64,000 nucleotides of DNA from Eledone cirrhosa (lineage: Eukaryota). The notes under the pieces were generated by a model. That model had not been told where the DNA came from, ran no database searches, and saw only the letters and a list, made by a program, of their open reading frames with translations. A program made the translations under genes and the position numbers. Positions 63,155 to 64,000 of this stretch are shown one piece after another (position 1 is the stretch's first letter; the number at the start of each line of letters is the position of its first letter). The stretch spans positions 119,536,001 through 119,600,000 of the forward strand of contig OZ024741.1 of NCBI GenBank assembly GCA_964016885.1, in the 5' to 3' direction.

Positions 63155-64000
63155 TTAAATGTATATTGTTTTTGATAGCTTTCGTGGCCATTTTACCGTC
63201 CTGCCGCCTCGTGTGACATAAGGTTGTGTGGTATGTGGTGTTTGCGGTGCAGGTGAAGGAGTGGGTGTAGGAGTGTATGTACGAGGTGTATCAGGCAGTG
63301 TGATGAGACTTTCGGAGAAAGCCTTTTTTGGTATGTTAATGGATATTGTCTCTTTTCGGCCATTGACAGCCACTGTGAAATGTTTGGGTGTGTGCGAAAG
63401 CACACGAAAAGGTCCATTATAAGGTGATGTAAGAGGTCCCTTGATGGAATCATTCCGTATGAAAATGTGTGTCCACGTAGAGATGTCTGATGGGACAGAA
63501 GAGAAATAGATTGGTCATGAGGGTTCATCGGTGGAAGATCTGAGAAATACGAACGAATCCTGGTGACATGATGCTGGGTCAAGATGTAATGAATCCACTG
63601 GTGCTAACATTTGTCCAGGAAGAGACAATGTGGTACCATAAAGAAGTTCAGCAGACGAAAAACCTAAATCTGTCTTAATGGCAGAACAACAACCAAGAAG
63701 CACGATTGGCAAAAATTCAGTCCAACGTTGCAGATCAGAAGTAGCGCGAAGTGCAGCTTTCAACTGTCTATGAAACCTCTCGACCATTCCATTGGAGGCT
63801 GGATGGTAGCTGGTCCTATGAATGTGATGAGCACCCAAGAGTCGTGATATTTCACGAAATAAGGAAGCTTCAAATTGGCGTCCACGATCCGTAGTTATTT
63901 TAGTAGGAACACCGAAACGAGCAATCCAATTGGAAATGAAAGCTCGGGCAACGGACTCTGCTGTTATGTCCATGAGAGCTATGGCTTCAGGCCACCGAGA
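63155..64000 (-). mobile_element. Ty3/Gypsy integrase (CsRn1-like C-terminus), frameshifted; continues past the window
   Basis: RWPEA..WIARFGVPTKITTDRGRQF..YHPASNGMVERFHRQLKAAL, a PYNGPF motif and terminal TRGGRTVKWP. Confidence 0.92.

Overview
AT-rich eukaryotic DNA dense in repeats. The SINE/RTE repertoire and gene style suggest a cephalopod, probably octopus (inference). Two genes converge tail to tail. On the + strand is an RBM12-like RNA-binding protein with an intronless 1472-aa CDS (40287-44705), five RRMs and a very long low-complexity region. On the - strand is the 3' part of an AarF/ABC1 kinase, ADCK5, as seven coding exons between 62205 and 51227, including one GC-AG intron. I recognised no host coding exons in the first ~40 kb, which may be 5'UTR intron or intergenic sequence. 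Transposon content includes tRNA-derived SINEs, RTE and CR1 LINE relics, a decayed piggyBac transposase and its TTAA MITEs, pogo/Tigger-like MITEs, the 3' end of a Gypsy LTR element, and minisatellites. The most unusual non-coding items are a fold-back hammerhead-ribozyme fragment with Penelope-like structure in a (TA)n tract, an RTE copy with a twin-priming-type 5' inversion, several long hairpins, and an unclassified young CpG-rich element. Transposon boundaries are approximate and were read by eye.
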